Source: an uncultured Acidobacteriota bacterium (GTDB taxonomy: Bacteria; Acidobacteriota; UBA6911; RPQK01; JAPXNP01). From it: a stretch of DNA of 64,000 nucleotides. The DNA is taken from NCBI GenBank assembly GCA_963777605.1, contig CAVZRV010000010.1, forward strand, positions 128,001-192,000. Direction: 5' to 3'. Below the pieces are notes generated by a model. The model saw only the letters and a list, made by a program, of their open reading frames with translations. It was not told the DNA's origin and ran no database searches. This document shows, piece after piece, positions 9,826-20,313 of the stretch. The stretch's first letter is position 1; each line of letters opens with the position of its first letter. The translations under genes and the position numbers were made by a program.

Positions 9826-12253
9826 ATGAACACTCGCCTTGCCCGTCCATGCGGGGTCCTTCTGGTTGTTGTCTGTTTGCTTGGTCTGCTTTACGTCTCA
9901 GCGGCGGTTTCCGCCTCGGAACCGGTTGACTCTTCCTCGAAATGGGAAATCATCGGTCCCGGCGGCGGAGGCGCCCAATACATCCCCACCATCAATCCGT
10001 CCGATCCCGACCATGTCATGGTGCGCTGCGACATGACCGGCGCCTATCTCACCGAAGACGGCGGCGAGAGCTGGAGGATGTTCAACCTCCGTTCCGTTGT
10101 CCGGGACTTCGAATTTGATCCCCTCGATCCCGACACCGTCTATGCCGCCGGCACCGCCCTGTACCGGTCCTCGGACCGGGGACGCACCTGGATGCTTCTC
10201 TACCCGGACCCGGCCGATCTCGTTGGGGAGGTCATGAGGGGAGACCACGCCTCGCAGGCGTTTCGAACGCGGGACGGCGTCCTCCAATTGGACGTTTCAC
10301 AGGTGCGGGTCGATCCCGCAAATACCGACGTAATCTTTATGGGACTCAGGAAGGGGCCCGGCTCCAATCAAGTCGTCGAGTTGCTTCAGTCGACGGATCG
10401 CGGATTCAGCTGGACTGAACTGGCGGAACTCCCCGGACGGGAGGTGCTTGGGATCTTTCCGGGCTCCTGGACTTCCCGGCCCGACGAGATCACGGTTGTC
10501 ACCGACCGCTCGGTCTCCCGGGTCAGCACCCGGGACCGGTCGGTCTCTCAACTGCCCGCGCCGGCGACAAACCTCACAAACGTAGCCGGTGGGATCGCAC
10601 CGGGCGGATCGATCCTCTACCTGCTCGCCGGGGACAACGAGCGCGGCCGGCGTCCCGGTTCCAGCCTCTTTCGCTCCCGCGACCAGGGAGAGAGTTGGAA
10701 GGAAGTTTCGATCGTCCCGGTCCTTGCCGGGGTACCCGATTCCCTTCCCGCTTCCGGATTGGAATCTCTGGCAGCCAGTGAGGGAAAAGGCATGGTGGCC
10801 TATCTTTCCGTCAGGGAGGCGAGAACGATGGAATCGCGGCTTTCCCCAGCGCCGTTCCGGGATCCTCAGGACTGAGGATGGAGGCCAGTCGTGGAAGTGG
10901 GTCCTGTGTGTTTCGGGCGGCTCCATTCTGACGGAAAACTTCACTGGAGGATGGCTCTACCGCCAGCTTGGCTGGCTCGGAAATCCCTCTCATCTCGGTG
11001 TGAGTGCAAGCGATCCGAATGTCGTCTACGCTACCGACTCGGGCCGTACAATGAAGAGTGAAGACGGCGGGGAGAGCTGGAAGCAACTGATCAGCAGAGA
11101 CTTCCCCGATGGGGCTTCAACGACCCGAGGACTTGACGTTACGACGACATACGGCGTCCATTTTGACCCTTACGATCCACAACACCTGTTTATTACCTAT
11201 ACCGACATCGGTCTTTTCCACTCCGTTGACGGGGGACAGTCATGGACGGAAGCGATTGCCGGAATTCCCCGCCAATGGCGCAACACCTGCTACTGGCTGG
11301 AATTCGATCCCGCCGTCAGGGGGCGCATTTTCTCGGTCTGGTCCAACGTTCACGACCTGCCACGTCCGAAGATGTACCGATCCGGTAACCTGGTTAACGG
11401 AAACCAGCAGGGCGGCGTCGCGGTCTCGGGCGACGGCGGACGCTGGTGGGAATTGTTGAATCGCGGGATCCTTCAGCCCGACGGTTCGAACGCGCAGGGA
11501 ATGCGCGCCGGGGCGGTCTGCACTCACATCGTTCTCGATCCGGAAAGCCCGGCTAATTCGCGTACGCTGTACGTTACCGACTACGGCTACGGCGTCTGGA
11601 AGAGTACCGACGCGGGACGCACCTGGGCTCTCAAGAATCGCGGTCTTGACTCGAAGAATCTCTACTGCTGGCGAATCACCCGTCTGCCTTCCGGTCGACT
11701 CATCCTGCTCGTGGCGAGAGGCGGCATTGAAGGCCAGGAGGTAATTCCCGGAGCGCTCTACTCGAGTACAGACGGTGGAGAACTCTGGAATCCGCTCCCG
11801 CTTCCACCAGGCGTTACCGCCCCTAACGACCTCGTCTACGATCCGACCGACCCAGATCGACTCTACCTCAGTTGCTGGCCGCTGGCCGTCAACGGTGCCG
11901 AGAAAGGGGGCGGACTGCTGCGATCAGAAGACGGAGGCACGACCTGGGAACGGGTATTCCCCGAAGGGATGCACGTCTATGCTGCAGCCGTCAGCCCGGC
12001 GGACCCAAAAACGGTATTTCTCAACACATTTGAAGGGGCAGCCTACCGAAGTGACGATCGGGGAGAATCCTGGACGCGACTCGGAGGATATGACTTCAAG
12101 TGGGGCCACCGTCCCGTCCCCGATCCTCTGGACCCGTCTCGAATCTACCTGACGACTTTTGGGGGCAGTGTCTTCCGGGGACCAAGCACGGGAGATCCGC
12201 GAGCGAGACCGACCATCTTGAACATCCCGCCGTCGCCCTGGAATCTTCCGTAA
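9826..12253 (+). CDS. Exported BNR/Asp-box beta-propeller protein (GH74/sortilin-like), split by a frameshift at ~10815-10860
   Basis: IGPGGGG start and many SxDGGxSW Asp-boxes in both ORFs (9826..10875 and 10589..12253). Confidence 0.8.
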
Positions 12254-12277
12254 ATCAATAATCCGCTCGGCCCCAGG

Positions 12278-13552
12278 TTAAACGGTACTGGGGTCCACGA
12301 CCCGGCCCATGAAGAGCATCGCGCCGGTGGCCCGGTCATAGATTACGAAGAGGAACGGGCGATCGATTCGAATCGTTGGAGGCATCGAAGTGACCCCCAT
12401 CGTGATTCCGGTGGCGGCAGCCGCCTCGGTGCCCCGCTCATTCACATCGATATAAGCTCCTTGAAAAACCCTTTGTATAAAGAGATCGGCCTGGTCCGAG
12501 ATTCCCGAAAAATCGGCCCGTTCAGGATTGAACGCCAGCGCCATTCCCATTTGCTTCAGAGCCCCGGACAACTCCAGGTCACTCTTGATCCTGAATCGCG
12601 GCATGCTGAGTTCGATATACGTCGATTCCAACCTGCTGAGGCGCTCCCGAAACCAATCCGAGGATATCGTCCGGCTCATCTCCGGGAAGTCCTCCATGCG
12701 CGAGGGGAGAAAGACCGCCATCGCAATCCTCTCGCCACGATAAGGAAGGTCCACGACCGTCCCATCTTCTGACGATTCAACCCGGTAAGCTCCGGTCCGC
12801 CGCATGAAAGGCACCTGAACGGTGTCGCCGCCGAGCCTGAGAAAATCACCCGGACGGGTGGCCCTTTCGTCAAAGGGATCCTTCCAGGTGCCCAGGAAAT
12901 AGATGGCATTGGTCAAAACCAGGCGGGTGTCCCGATTCAGGCTACCTGGAGGCAACAGTGGGTCGATCTTTCCTCCTGTCCGTTCTGCTGTCCAACGGTT
13001 GATCTGGTTCCTCGCATCGTCGAACTCCGAGGCAAAATCGAGCGGGTTCAAATCGGCATCGAACTCGCGCTTCAGGAGAGAAACGAAGTCGACCTTCAAC
13101 TGGAGCCCCTCCTGGACCCAGAGGGCATTCGCAATCTCGAGAGCAATATCTCCTGACTCCGAGGCTTGTCCCAGGGAGTCGAACAGGTTGTGGACAGCGC
13201 CGGCGATCACTTCAGAATCCGCGGCCTGCTCCTTCTCCTCGCCAGGTGCCAGAACCGAGGTCATTTCCGCCCTGGTTTTCCCATCCGCTCCGGCAGCGGT
13301 CATTGCGAGCGCGGCGTACACGCTGAAGGGCGAGCTGACGCTATCTTTATCGGTAGTTCCGGTGCGCTGAAAGAGTTCGATTGCAAACCGGTTCACGGCG
13401 TCACCGATGTTCAAAGCTGGTGGTTTTCCAGCCGGGTCCTGGCCGGTTGTACCCGGTCCCGGTGTCAGGGCGGCGCCGACCTCCGGTCGCTGACACCCCA
13501 ACATAAGGATGCTTATCAGAATCAGGGAGAGTGGATTATATAATTCGATCAC
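12278..13552 (-). CDS. Serpin (serine protease inhibitor), probable lipoprotein
   Basis: SPFSV, INRWTAERTGGKI, LVLTNAIYFLGTW, VNERGTEAAAAT hinge, DRPFLFVI, FMGRVVDP; MLGC lipobox-like. Confidence 0.93.
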   Translation of the reverse strand: MIELYNPLSLILISILMLGCQRPEVGAALTPGPGTTGQDPAGKPPALNIGDAVNRFAIELFQRTGTTDKDSVSSPFSVYAALAMTAAGADGKTRAEMTSVLAPGEEKEQAADSEVIAGAVHNLFDSLGQASESGDIALEIANALWVQEGLQLKVDFVSLLKREFDADLNPLDFASEFDDARNQINRWTAERTGGKIDPLLPPGSLNRDTRLVLTNAIYFLGTWKDPFDERATRPGDFLRLGGDTVQVPFMRRTGAYRVESSEDGTVVDLPYRGERIAMAVFLPSRMEDFPEMSRTISSDWFRERLSRLESTYIELSMPRFRIKSDLELSGALKQMGMALAFNPERADFSGISDQADLFIQRVFQGAYIDVNERGTEAAAATGITMGVTSMPPTIRIDRPFLFVIYDRATGAMLFMGRVVDPSTV

Positions 13553-13672
13553 GGCGAGACCTCCTCGGTCCTTAGCTTGCTGACTATTATTGCATCGAGA
13601 GGAAGCGGGGATGAAACGGATATTCGAGTTCCCGCTGCCGGAAATACGAACTCAACGATCGGATCAAACAAC

Positions 13673-13888
13673 ATGCCTGAATGGGTGAGGTCTTACGTTA
13701 CCGCGGCGAGCCTGATCCTGCTCCTGTCCGGGTCGGGAGTTGCCGCCGAGACAGTGTCGGAAGTTCCCAATCCCCGCATCACGAGGGGCTCATACGTCGA
13801 GGATTCTGCCGGCGTTCTCGGAACTGACTACGCTTCCCTAATTAATCAGGTCTCCTCGGGGATCGTGATCTGCCGTAGTCAATGCTAA
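13673..13888 (+). pseudogene. Truncated TPM-domain protein remnant
   Basis: Signal peptide plus TVSEVPNPR...SYVEDSAGVL resembles a TPM N-terminus; stops after ~70 aa. Confidence 0.5.
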
Positions 13889-13897
13889 GCTGATTGA

Positions 13898-16800
13898 ATG
13901 CCCAATTTCACAACGCCCGGCTTCCCGGTACCGTCCCGCTCCCGACACCGCATTCTGATGTGCGCGTCGATTGTTTTTGCCGCCCTCGTTGCAACGGCCG
14001 CGCTTGCCGGAAACGCGACGCAGGTCAGCGTCGAGGTCGGCCAAATCACCGTCCCGACTTACACGTTCGGTGAGGCTCCGAACACCGCACCGCTGTTTGA
14101 AGTCGGGAATGGCAAAGGGATCTATCCTTACGGGCCACTCGATCGCGACAGCTTGAGTGCCAGCCCGCAGCCGATAAGCTACCAGTCGATCACGATCGAG
14201 AACGATTACCTCCGGGTCGTGTTTCTACCCGAACTGGGCGGGCGAATCTGGTCCGCGTGGGACAAGCAGACCCAACGCAACCTGTTCTATACCGACTCCG
14301 TCATCAAGCCGAGCGCCTACAACCAGAGGGGTGGATGGCCCGTTGGGAACCTCGAGGTCTACGGGCCGTTCGATGCCCACATGCTGACCTGGCCTGGCGA
14401 GCCATGGCCCTGGACGATCCAGCACCATTCGGACGGGAGTGCCACCGTGATCCTGTCCCATATCGACCATTTCTTCCGGGACAAACTGTTCATGGAGGTC
14501 ACGCTTCGTCCTGGTCGTTCGTTTGTCGAGCTCACCCTTCGCCTCCACAATCGGAACCAGCTTCCAAACCGGTATCTTCTCTGGACCAACGCCGGGATTC
14601 CAGCCACTGAGGGCACCCGCTTTGTTTATCCAATGACCCGCACGATCGGGCACGACACGGAAGACTTCGGTTCCTGGCCGGTATACCGCGGGGTCGATCT
14701 CAGCTGGTACCGCAACAACAAGACTATGCTGGGTGTCTTCGGGTTGGACGTCTATGATGACTTCCTTGCCGCCTACGACTACACTGCCGACCACGGTACG
14801 GTCTGCGCCAAGAACCACCAGATTGCACGAGGAATCAAGACCTGGACGTGGGGAACCGGACAGACCGGAATGCGCCACCTGGAAAGCTATGCCGATTCCG
14901 GTCTGCCCTACATCGAAGTCCAGAGCGGTCGTTTCGTCTGGGACGGCAACTACGAGTTCATTGCACCTGGCGAAAGCGACGGATGGACCGAGTACTGGTA
15001 TGGGGCCAGCGGCCTCGGAGGGCTGACCACGGCTACCCCAGACCTGGCCGTCCGCCTGGCGACCGGTCCAGACGGCGTCGAAGCCGTCCTGTTGCCAACC
15101 GGGGACTTCTCCGATGCGTCGTTCTCCTGGGCTCCCGACGGGAGGCCAGAGTATGCCACCGAGCCGATCAACCTCCGGGCCGGCCAGCCTCTTCGAAAAC
15201 TGGTCCCCGTTGAGACATCCGGGCAAGTCAAGAGCATCCGGGTGCGAGTTACTTCAGGTGACGCGACCCTGCTCGACTATCGCTTCAACCTGGACGGCGA
15301 ACCTCCGAAGGGCGAATTTGCAGCCGATGCCATCCCGCGGGATTTTGGTCCCTCCGACTCCCTGACGCTCGAAGAACTATACCTGAAGGGGCTCACCGAG
15401 GAGAAACTCGGCCGCGCAGACCGTGCCGAGGCGGCGTACCGGGAAGCTCTCCAGCGGGATCCATTGTATGTTGCGCCCAACCTCCGCCTTGGATTGATAG
15501 CCCTGTCCCGGTTCCAGGAAGAAGAGGCTCTCAAGTTCTTCAACCAGGCCCTCGATCGGGCCCCTTCCGACAGCGAACTCCACTACCTGATCGGAGTCAC
15601 CCTGACCCGAATGGGCCGGGACGAAGACGCCCGCGAACACTTTTACCGAGTGATCCCTTCGGCAGCCCAGTTCGATCAGCGCGACTTCAACCTGGGACTG
15701 ATCGCCCTCCGAAAGGGTGACGTCGGCCAGGCCCTGGGCCTCCTCCAGACCGCTGCCAAGCGGCTGCCGGAACAGTCATCGGCCCAACAGGCGTATGCCT
15801 TTTCCCTTCGAAGAGAGGACCGCCGCACTGAAGCTGAGCCGGTCATCGCCCGCCTGGTGTCAGCAGATCCAACAAGTGCATTTGCGGCCGCAGAACTGGG
15901 CTTTTGGGACTCCTGGCCCGAGGCCCGGGTCGAGGCCCTGGATCAGGTGCTGGCAAGCCATCCGCAGGGTTACCTCGAACTCGCCACCGAATACATGAAA
16001 CTTGGTGCCTGGAAAGAAGTCCAATTCCTGGCCGACCTGGCAATTCGGGCTGCCTCCCGTAATGGAGGGTCCCCCTACCCGATCCTGCTCTATTATCGGG
16101 CCGACGCACTCGATCACCTTGGAGAGACCGACCAAGCCAGGGCGCTGCTGGCTGACGCCTCCAGGACTGACGTGAAGATCAGTTTTTTCCCGTTCCGTCG
16201 GGAGACCGTCTCGGTACTGGAGGCTTGCCTCGAACTCCTCCCCCGCGATTCAAACGCGGCCTCCTTACTGGGCGACCTCTACTACTCGCGGCAGCGGCAC
16301 GACGAGGCGATCAAATTGTGGGAGGCCGCCGCCGATTGGAATCCGGCCCACTTCTCCTCACTTCGGAACCTGGGCTGGGCATTCCTTGCCCGCGGAGATT
16401 CGGAACGCGCCGTGGGATTCCTGGAACGTGCACTCCAGGTCCGGCCCGACCACCTCGAGACCGCCACAAGCCTCACCCAGCTTTACGCACGGCTGGGCAA
16501 AACCGACCAGGCGCTTGCCGTGATTGAGCAGTTGAACATCCGCAACCCGAAGAACGACCAGGTTGTCGAACTCACGGCCCGGATTCGTGCCCTGGCCGGT
16601 GACGTCAACGGATCTCTTTCTCTGCTGAACGATCACCAGTTTGGCATCCGTCATCAGTCCTATTCCCTGCTTCATCTCTACCAGAGCGTACAGCTTCTCA
16701 AGTCAGTTGAGGAATTCCGGAAAGGGGCGATCCAGGAGGCCCTCCTTCACGTCGATGCCGCCGCCCACGTTCCCGCCAACCTGGGGGTTGACGACTTCGC

Positions 16801-17221
16801 TGCATTGAAGAGCAGCCGGCTGCTTGCCTTCCGGGCGCTTCTGCTCGAGGCGTCCGGGGACCGAGACCGGTCATTGGAGGCCTGGAATGCCGCCGCCGAA
16901 ACGGTGGACCAGGACTTCGACGGCGAAGGACTTTTCCGAGCCATTGCCCTCGCTCACATCGGCAAGCGGGAAAGTGCGGCCCGGTGGTTTACTGAATTCG
17001 AGCAGGTCAATCCGACAAGGCAGAAGGACAACGACGCCGCCGTTCGCATCCACGCTACTTACCTCGCGGGCATCTACGCAATCTACCGCGGGGAATCCCG
17101 GAAAGGCCTTGAGGGCTTCAATCGAGCCCTCGACGGTGACGCATCCGATATGATGGTGAGACATGCAATAGCTGCCTTTGACGCCGGGATCCTTTCCGGA
17201 CTGCCGCTTCCCACGCGCTAG
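13898..17221 (+). CDS. DUF5107-like domain plus TPR-repeat protein
   Basis: IENDYLRVVFLPELGGRIWSAWDK, LLWTNAG, IKTWTWG, YIEVQSG; C-terminal two-thirds is TPR helices. Confidence 0.82.
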   Translation: MPNFTTPGFPVPSRSRHRILMCASIVFAALVATAALAGNATQVSVEVGQITVPTYTFGEAPNTAPLFEVGNGKGIYPYGPLDRDSLSASPQPISYQSITIENDYLRVVFLPELGGRIWSAWDKQTQRNLFYTDSVIKPSAYNQRGGWPVGNLEVYGPFDAHMLTWPGEPWPWTIQHHSDGSATVILSHIDHFFRDKLFMEVTLRPGRSFVELTLRLHNRNQLPNRYLLWTNAGIPATEGTRFVYPMTRTIGHDTEDFGSWPVYRGVDLSWYRNNKTMLGVFGLDVYDDFLAAYDYTADHGTVCAKNHQIARGIKTWTWGTGQTGMRHLESYADSGLPYIEVQSGRFVWDGNYEFIAPGESDGWTEYWYGASGLGGLTTATPDLAVRLATGPDGVEAVLLPTGDFSDASFSWAPDGRPEYATEPINLRAGQPLRKLVPVETSGQVKSIRVRVTSGDATLLDYRFNLDGEPPKGEFAADAIPRDFGPSDSLTLEELYLKGLTEEKLGRADRAEAAYREALQRDPLYVAPNLRLGLIALSRFQEEEALKFFNQALDRAPSDSELHYLIGVTLTRMGRDEDAREHFYRVIPSAAQFDQRDFNLGLIALRKGDVGQALGLLQTAAKRLPEQSSAQQAYAFSLRREDRRTEAEPVIARLVSADPTSAFAAAELGFWDSWPEARVEALDQVLASHPQGYLELATEYMKLGAWKEVQFLADLAIRAASRNGGSPYPILLYYRADALDHLGETDQARALLADASRTDVKISFFPFRRETVSVLEACLELLPRDSNAASLLGDLYYSRQRHDEAIKLWEAAADWNPAHFSSLRNLGWAFLARGDSERAVGFLERALQVRPDHLETATSLTQLYARLGKTDQALAVIEQLNIRNPKNDQVVELTARIRALAGDVNGSLSLLNDHQFGIRHQSYSLLHLYQSVQLLKSVEEFRKGAIQEALLHVDAAAHVPANLGVDDFAALKSSRLLAFRALLLEASGDRDRSLEAWNAAAETVDQDFDGEGLFRAIALAHIGKRESAARWFTEFEQVNPTRQKDNDAAVRIHATYLAGIYAIYRGESRKGLEGFNRALDGDASDMMVRHAIAAFDAGILSGLPLPTR

Positions 17222-17418
17222 AAAGCGACTCCACCCGCCGAGTCGATCTGGGTCCAAGCCGGGTCGAATTGACCCGGCAGCGGGGAATTTTTTCCCTGCC
17301 CGCCGAAATCTCGGCATTGCTCCCTTTCGGCTTCACATCCCATTTTCCGCCCGAATTTGCCCTTCGCAACCTGCAATTGTTGCAAGTATGCAAATTTTCC
17401 ATCCTTCCAGGCCCTGAT

Positions 17419-17434
17419 TGGCACCTTGTATGCA
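17419..17434 (+). promoter_or_regulatory. Sigma-54 (-24/-12) promoter of the multiheme operon
   Basis: TGGCACCTTGTATGCA: GG and GC at the canonical spacing, ~120 nt upstream of the first gene. Confidence 0.7.
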
Positions 17435-17554
17435 TAACACGGCAGCACTTTAGATTTTCGTCAATGAAATGACTGGGGACTACCTGTGGCGTTAGGTGGC
17501 TGTTGCCTTTCCTGTGGCAGTCTCCAAACGGACACAGTTGCTTATGAGGAGTTT

Positions 17555-18445
17555 GTGATAAGAAGCTCAGCCGGGCGGCAGTTCAACCTCTTTGGAGTCT
17601 GCCTTTCAATCATCATAGCCGGCTACGTGACAGGACTCCTGGCTGTCGCCTATCGAGGCTATGACTACTACTTGACCCCGCTCAACGATCGGGCTTTTCA
17701 CCAGGGGCACTCCGAACTGAAACCGTCCGGAAAAATCGGGCATCGGCTTGGAACGGTCGGCGGAATCCTGATGCTGCTGACTTTTGCCTACTCGATCCGA
17801 AAGCGTTCATCTCTCCTGCAGCGAATTGGCACCCAGAAGCAATGGCTCCAGGTCCACATCTGCTTCGGACTCGGAGGTCCAATCCTGGTGGTCTTTCACA
17901 CCACCGGGAAACTCGGCGGCCTGGCGGCAATCGGTTTCTACTCGACCCTTGCCATGGTCGTCTCCGGCATCTTCGGGCGCTACCTCTACTCCAAGATTCC
18001 ACGCACGCGCAAGGGAAACGAGATGTCCCTGATCCAGATCGAACAGGAGTTTGCCGACCTGGTAAGCCGACTGGGCGGAGATCACGGAGGGAACGAACTC
18101 CTCGATGCCGTCGAATCATACCTGTCACAGGTCAGGAAACGCTCCCTTGGCCTCGGACAGGCCCTGGCCGTGGCACTCTGGGACGATCTCAAGAGTCCGC
18201 TTCGGGTTATCCAGGCGTGGAACATCGCCGCTCACCAACACGCCACGTTTAGGATCCAGTTCAGGACAACCCGACTCATCCTGAAACAGAGACGATTGCT
18301 GAAGAAATTGACGGTGATCGAGGCAAGCCAGCGCCTTTTCTCCTACTGGCACATCTTCCACCGACCTTTTACGATCCTCGCATCGGTACTCATCAGCGTT
18401 CACGTCGCGGTGGCCACTTACTTCGGGTACGGAGTCGGCTTGTGA
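17555..18445 (+). CDS. Inner-membrane di-heme cytochrome b (ferric-reductase-like transmembrane domain)
   Basis: About 5-6 hydrophobic helices; two H-x13-H pairs (VHICFGLGGPILVVFH, FHRPFTILASVLISVH); GAGGAG RBS before the GTG at 17555. Confidence 0.75.
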   Translation: MIRSSAGRQFNLFGVCLSIIIAGYVTGLLAVAYRGYDYYLTPLNDRAFHQGHSELKPSGKIGHRLGTVGGILMLLTFAYSIRKRSSLLQRIGTQKQWLQVHICFGLGGPILVVFHTTGKLGGLAAIGFYSTLAMVVSGIFGRYLYSKIPRTRKGNEMSLIQIEQEFADLVSRLGGDHGGNELLDAVESYLSQVRKRSLGLGQALAVALWDDLKSPLRVIQAWNIAAHQHATFRIQFRTTRLILKQRRLLKKLTVIEASQRLFSYWHIFHRPFTILASVLISVHVAVATYFGYGVGL

Positions 18446-20310
18446 TCATTGCCCGGCTCTTTCCTGCCCTGTTGATTCTCTCAACCGGGCCTCTCGCCGC
18501 CCAAGGCCTCGAGTCTCTGGTTTCCCCCGGCACGTTGAGCCGGGCCCACGCAAACCTCTCTGGACTCGACAACTGCCAGCGCTGTCACACTCCCGGTGAA
18601 GGAGTCACCTCGAGCAAGTGCCTTTCCTGCCACACCGAGATTGCCGAGCGAATTCGTGAAGGGCGAGGTCTCCACCGAGAGGAACATTCCGACAACTGTC
18701 AAAGCTGCCATCCTGAACACCGGGGTGAAGAAGCCCAGATGACTCCATGGGATCCGACCAGCTTCGATCACGCCGAGACCGGCTATCGGCTGGAAGGCTT
18801 TCACTCCGAGGTGAAGGCATGCGATCAGTGCCACACGCCAGAACGATCACAGAAACGAGAAACGACCAAGTCCTTTCTGCTCCGATCGGACTCCTGTACG
18901 ACCTGTCACAACGACGCCCACAAAGGGGTGCTTGGACCGGGTTGCGAGCGCTGCCACAGCGTCAAACGGCACTTCAAGTCGGTCGACTTCGACCACTCAC
19001 GGGCCGCCTTCCCGCTCAGAGGCGCCCACGCTAAGGTGGCCTGCTCCCGCTGTCACGTGGACAGCCGCTGGAAAGGAATCGCCTTCTCGCAATGCCTCGA
19101 TTGCCACGCCAACCGACATCGTCCATCGCTGGGCAGCGACTGCACTCAATGCCACACGGTCAGCTCCTGGAAGATTGCGGATGCCTCAACAAGGTTTCAC
19201 CAGGCCGGCTCCGCCTTTCCCCTGCGAGGCGGACACGCAGAGGTGGCCTGCTCCAAGTGCCACCTCAACGGCCAGTTCAAAGGCATCGCCTTTCAGGAGT
19301 GCCGGAACTGTCACACCAGCAGCCCTCACCAGGGGCAGTTCAGTCAAGATTGCAAATCGTGCCATACCGAAGACAACTTCACGAAGACGACGTTTCGGCA
19401 CGAATCGGCTCGGTTTCGCCTCAACGGGAAGCACCTGGGAGTCGCATGCAGCAAGTGCCATCCTAGGGAGAAGGTCGAATTCGCCGAGAAGACGGTTGCG
19501 TTCACCCGCTATCGCCCACTTTCGACCGAATGCCGTGCCTGTCACGATGACATCCACCTTGGGCAGTTCAGCCAACCCTGCGCCAAATGCCATTCGACCG
19601 GAGGCTTCGGCTTGAGCCAGATCTCCTTCTCGCACAACACCGACTCCGACTTTGTTCTCAAGGGAAGTCACATCGGCCTCGTATGCGGGCGCTGCCACAA
19701 ATCGGAGAGGGGTACGTTTCCTGCCGGGTTTGGACAGGCGGTCCGGTTTCTCCCCATCTCTCCTACCTGTGAGACCTGTCACCCAGACCAGCATGGGGGG
19801 CAACTGGGCGATCAATGCGCATCCTGTCACACGGTTGAACACTTCAAACCGGCATCGGGGTTCAACCATCGAATGGCGCGCTTTCAACTCACCGGCAAGC
19901 ACCAGGATCTCCCCTGCGCCGACTGTCACCCGAGAGTAAAGCGTGTGCCGTCCTCGGGAGAAACCTTGATGCGGACCCTCTACCGGCCCTTGCGCAAAGA
20001 GTGCAGCAGCTGTCACAAGGATCCTCATCGCCGGGCGGACCAAGCCTCATGTGACGAGTGCCATACCTCGAAAACCTTCGAGGTTAGAAACTTCAACCAT
20101 TTTGAGACGTCGTTCGCGCTGATGGGACGACACGCCAGCCTGGCCTGCGAGCGCTGTCACACCCAGACGAACTGGAACGGCAAAGTGGTGCTTACCTTCG
20201 CCCACGTTCGCCGTGAATGCCAGGATTGCCACAAATCCCCCCATCGGTCTCGTTACGGCGAGTGTGGTCGCTGTCATGTCACGACAACCTGGGTGATCAG
20301 TGATTTTTAG
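18442..20310 (+). CDS. Exported 24-heme cytochrome c (8 tri-heme modules)
   Basis: Sec signal peptide; 24 CxxCH motifs counted; recurring FxH...FxLxGxH...CxxCH units; GTGA overlap with the upstream gene. Confidence 0.95.
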   Translation: MIIARLFPALLILSTGPLAAQGLESLVSPGTLSRAHANLSGLDNCQRCHTPGEGVTSSKCLSCHTEIAERIREGRGLHREEHSDNCQSCHPEHRGEEAQMTPWDPTSFDHAETGYRLEGFHSEVKACDQCHTPERSQKRETTKSFLLRSDSCTTCHNDAHKGVLGPGCERCHSVKRHFKSVDFDHSRAAFPLRGAHAKVACSRCHVDSRWKGIAFSQCLDCHANRHRPSLGSDCTQCHTVSSWKIADASTRFHQAGSAFPLRGGHAEVACSKCHLNGQFKGIAFQECRNCHTSSPHQGQFSQDCKSCHTEDNFTKTTFRHESARFRLNGKHLGVACSKCHPREKVEFAEKTVAFTRYRPLSTECRACHDDIHLGQFSQPCAKCHSTGGFGLSQISFSHNTDSDFVLKGSHIGLVCGRCHKSERGTFPAGFGQAVRFLPISPTCETCHPDQHGGQLGDQCASCHTVEHFKPASGFNHRMARFQLTGKHQDLPCADCHPRVKRVPSSGETLMRTLYRPLRKECSSCHKDPHRRADQASCDECHTSKTFEVRNFNHFETSFALMGRHASLACERCHTQTNWNGKVVLTFAHVRRECQDCHKSPHRSRYGECGRCHVTTTWVISDF

Positions 20311-20313
20311 AGC

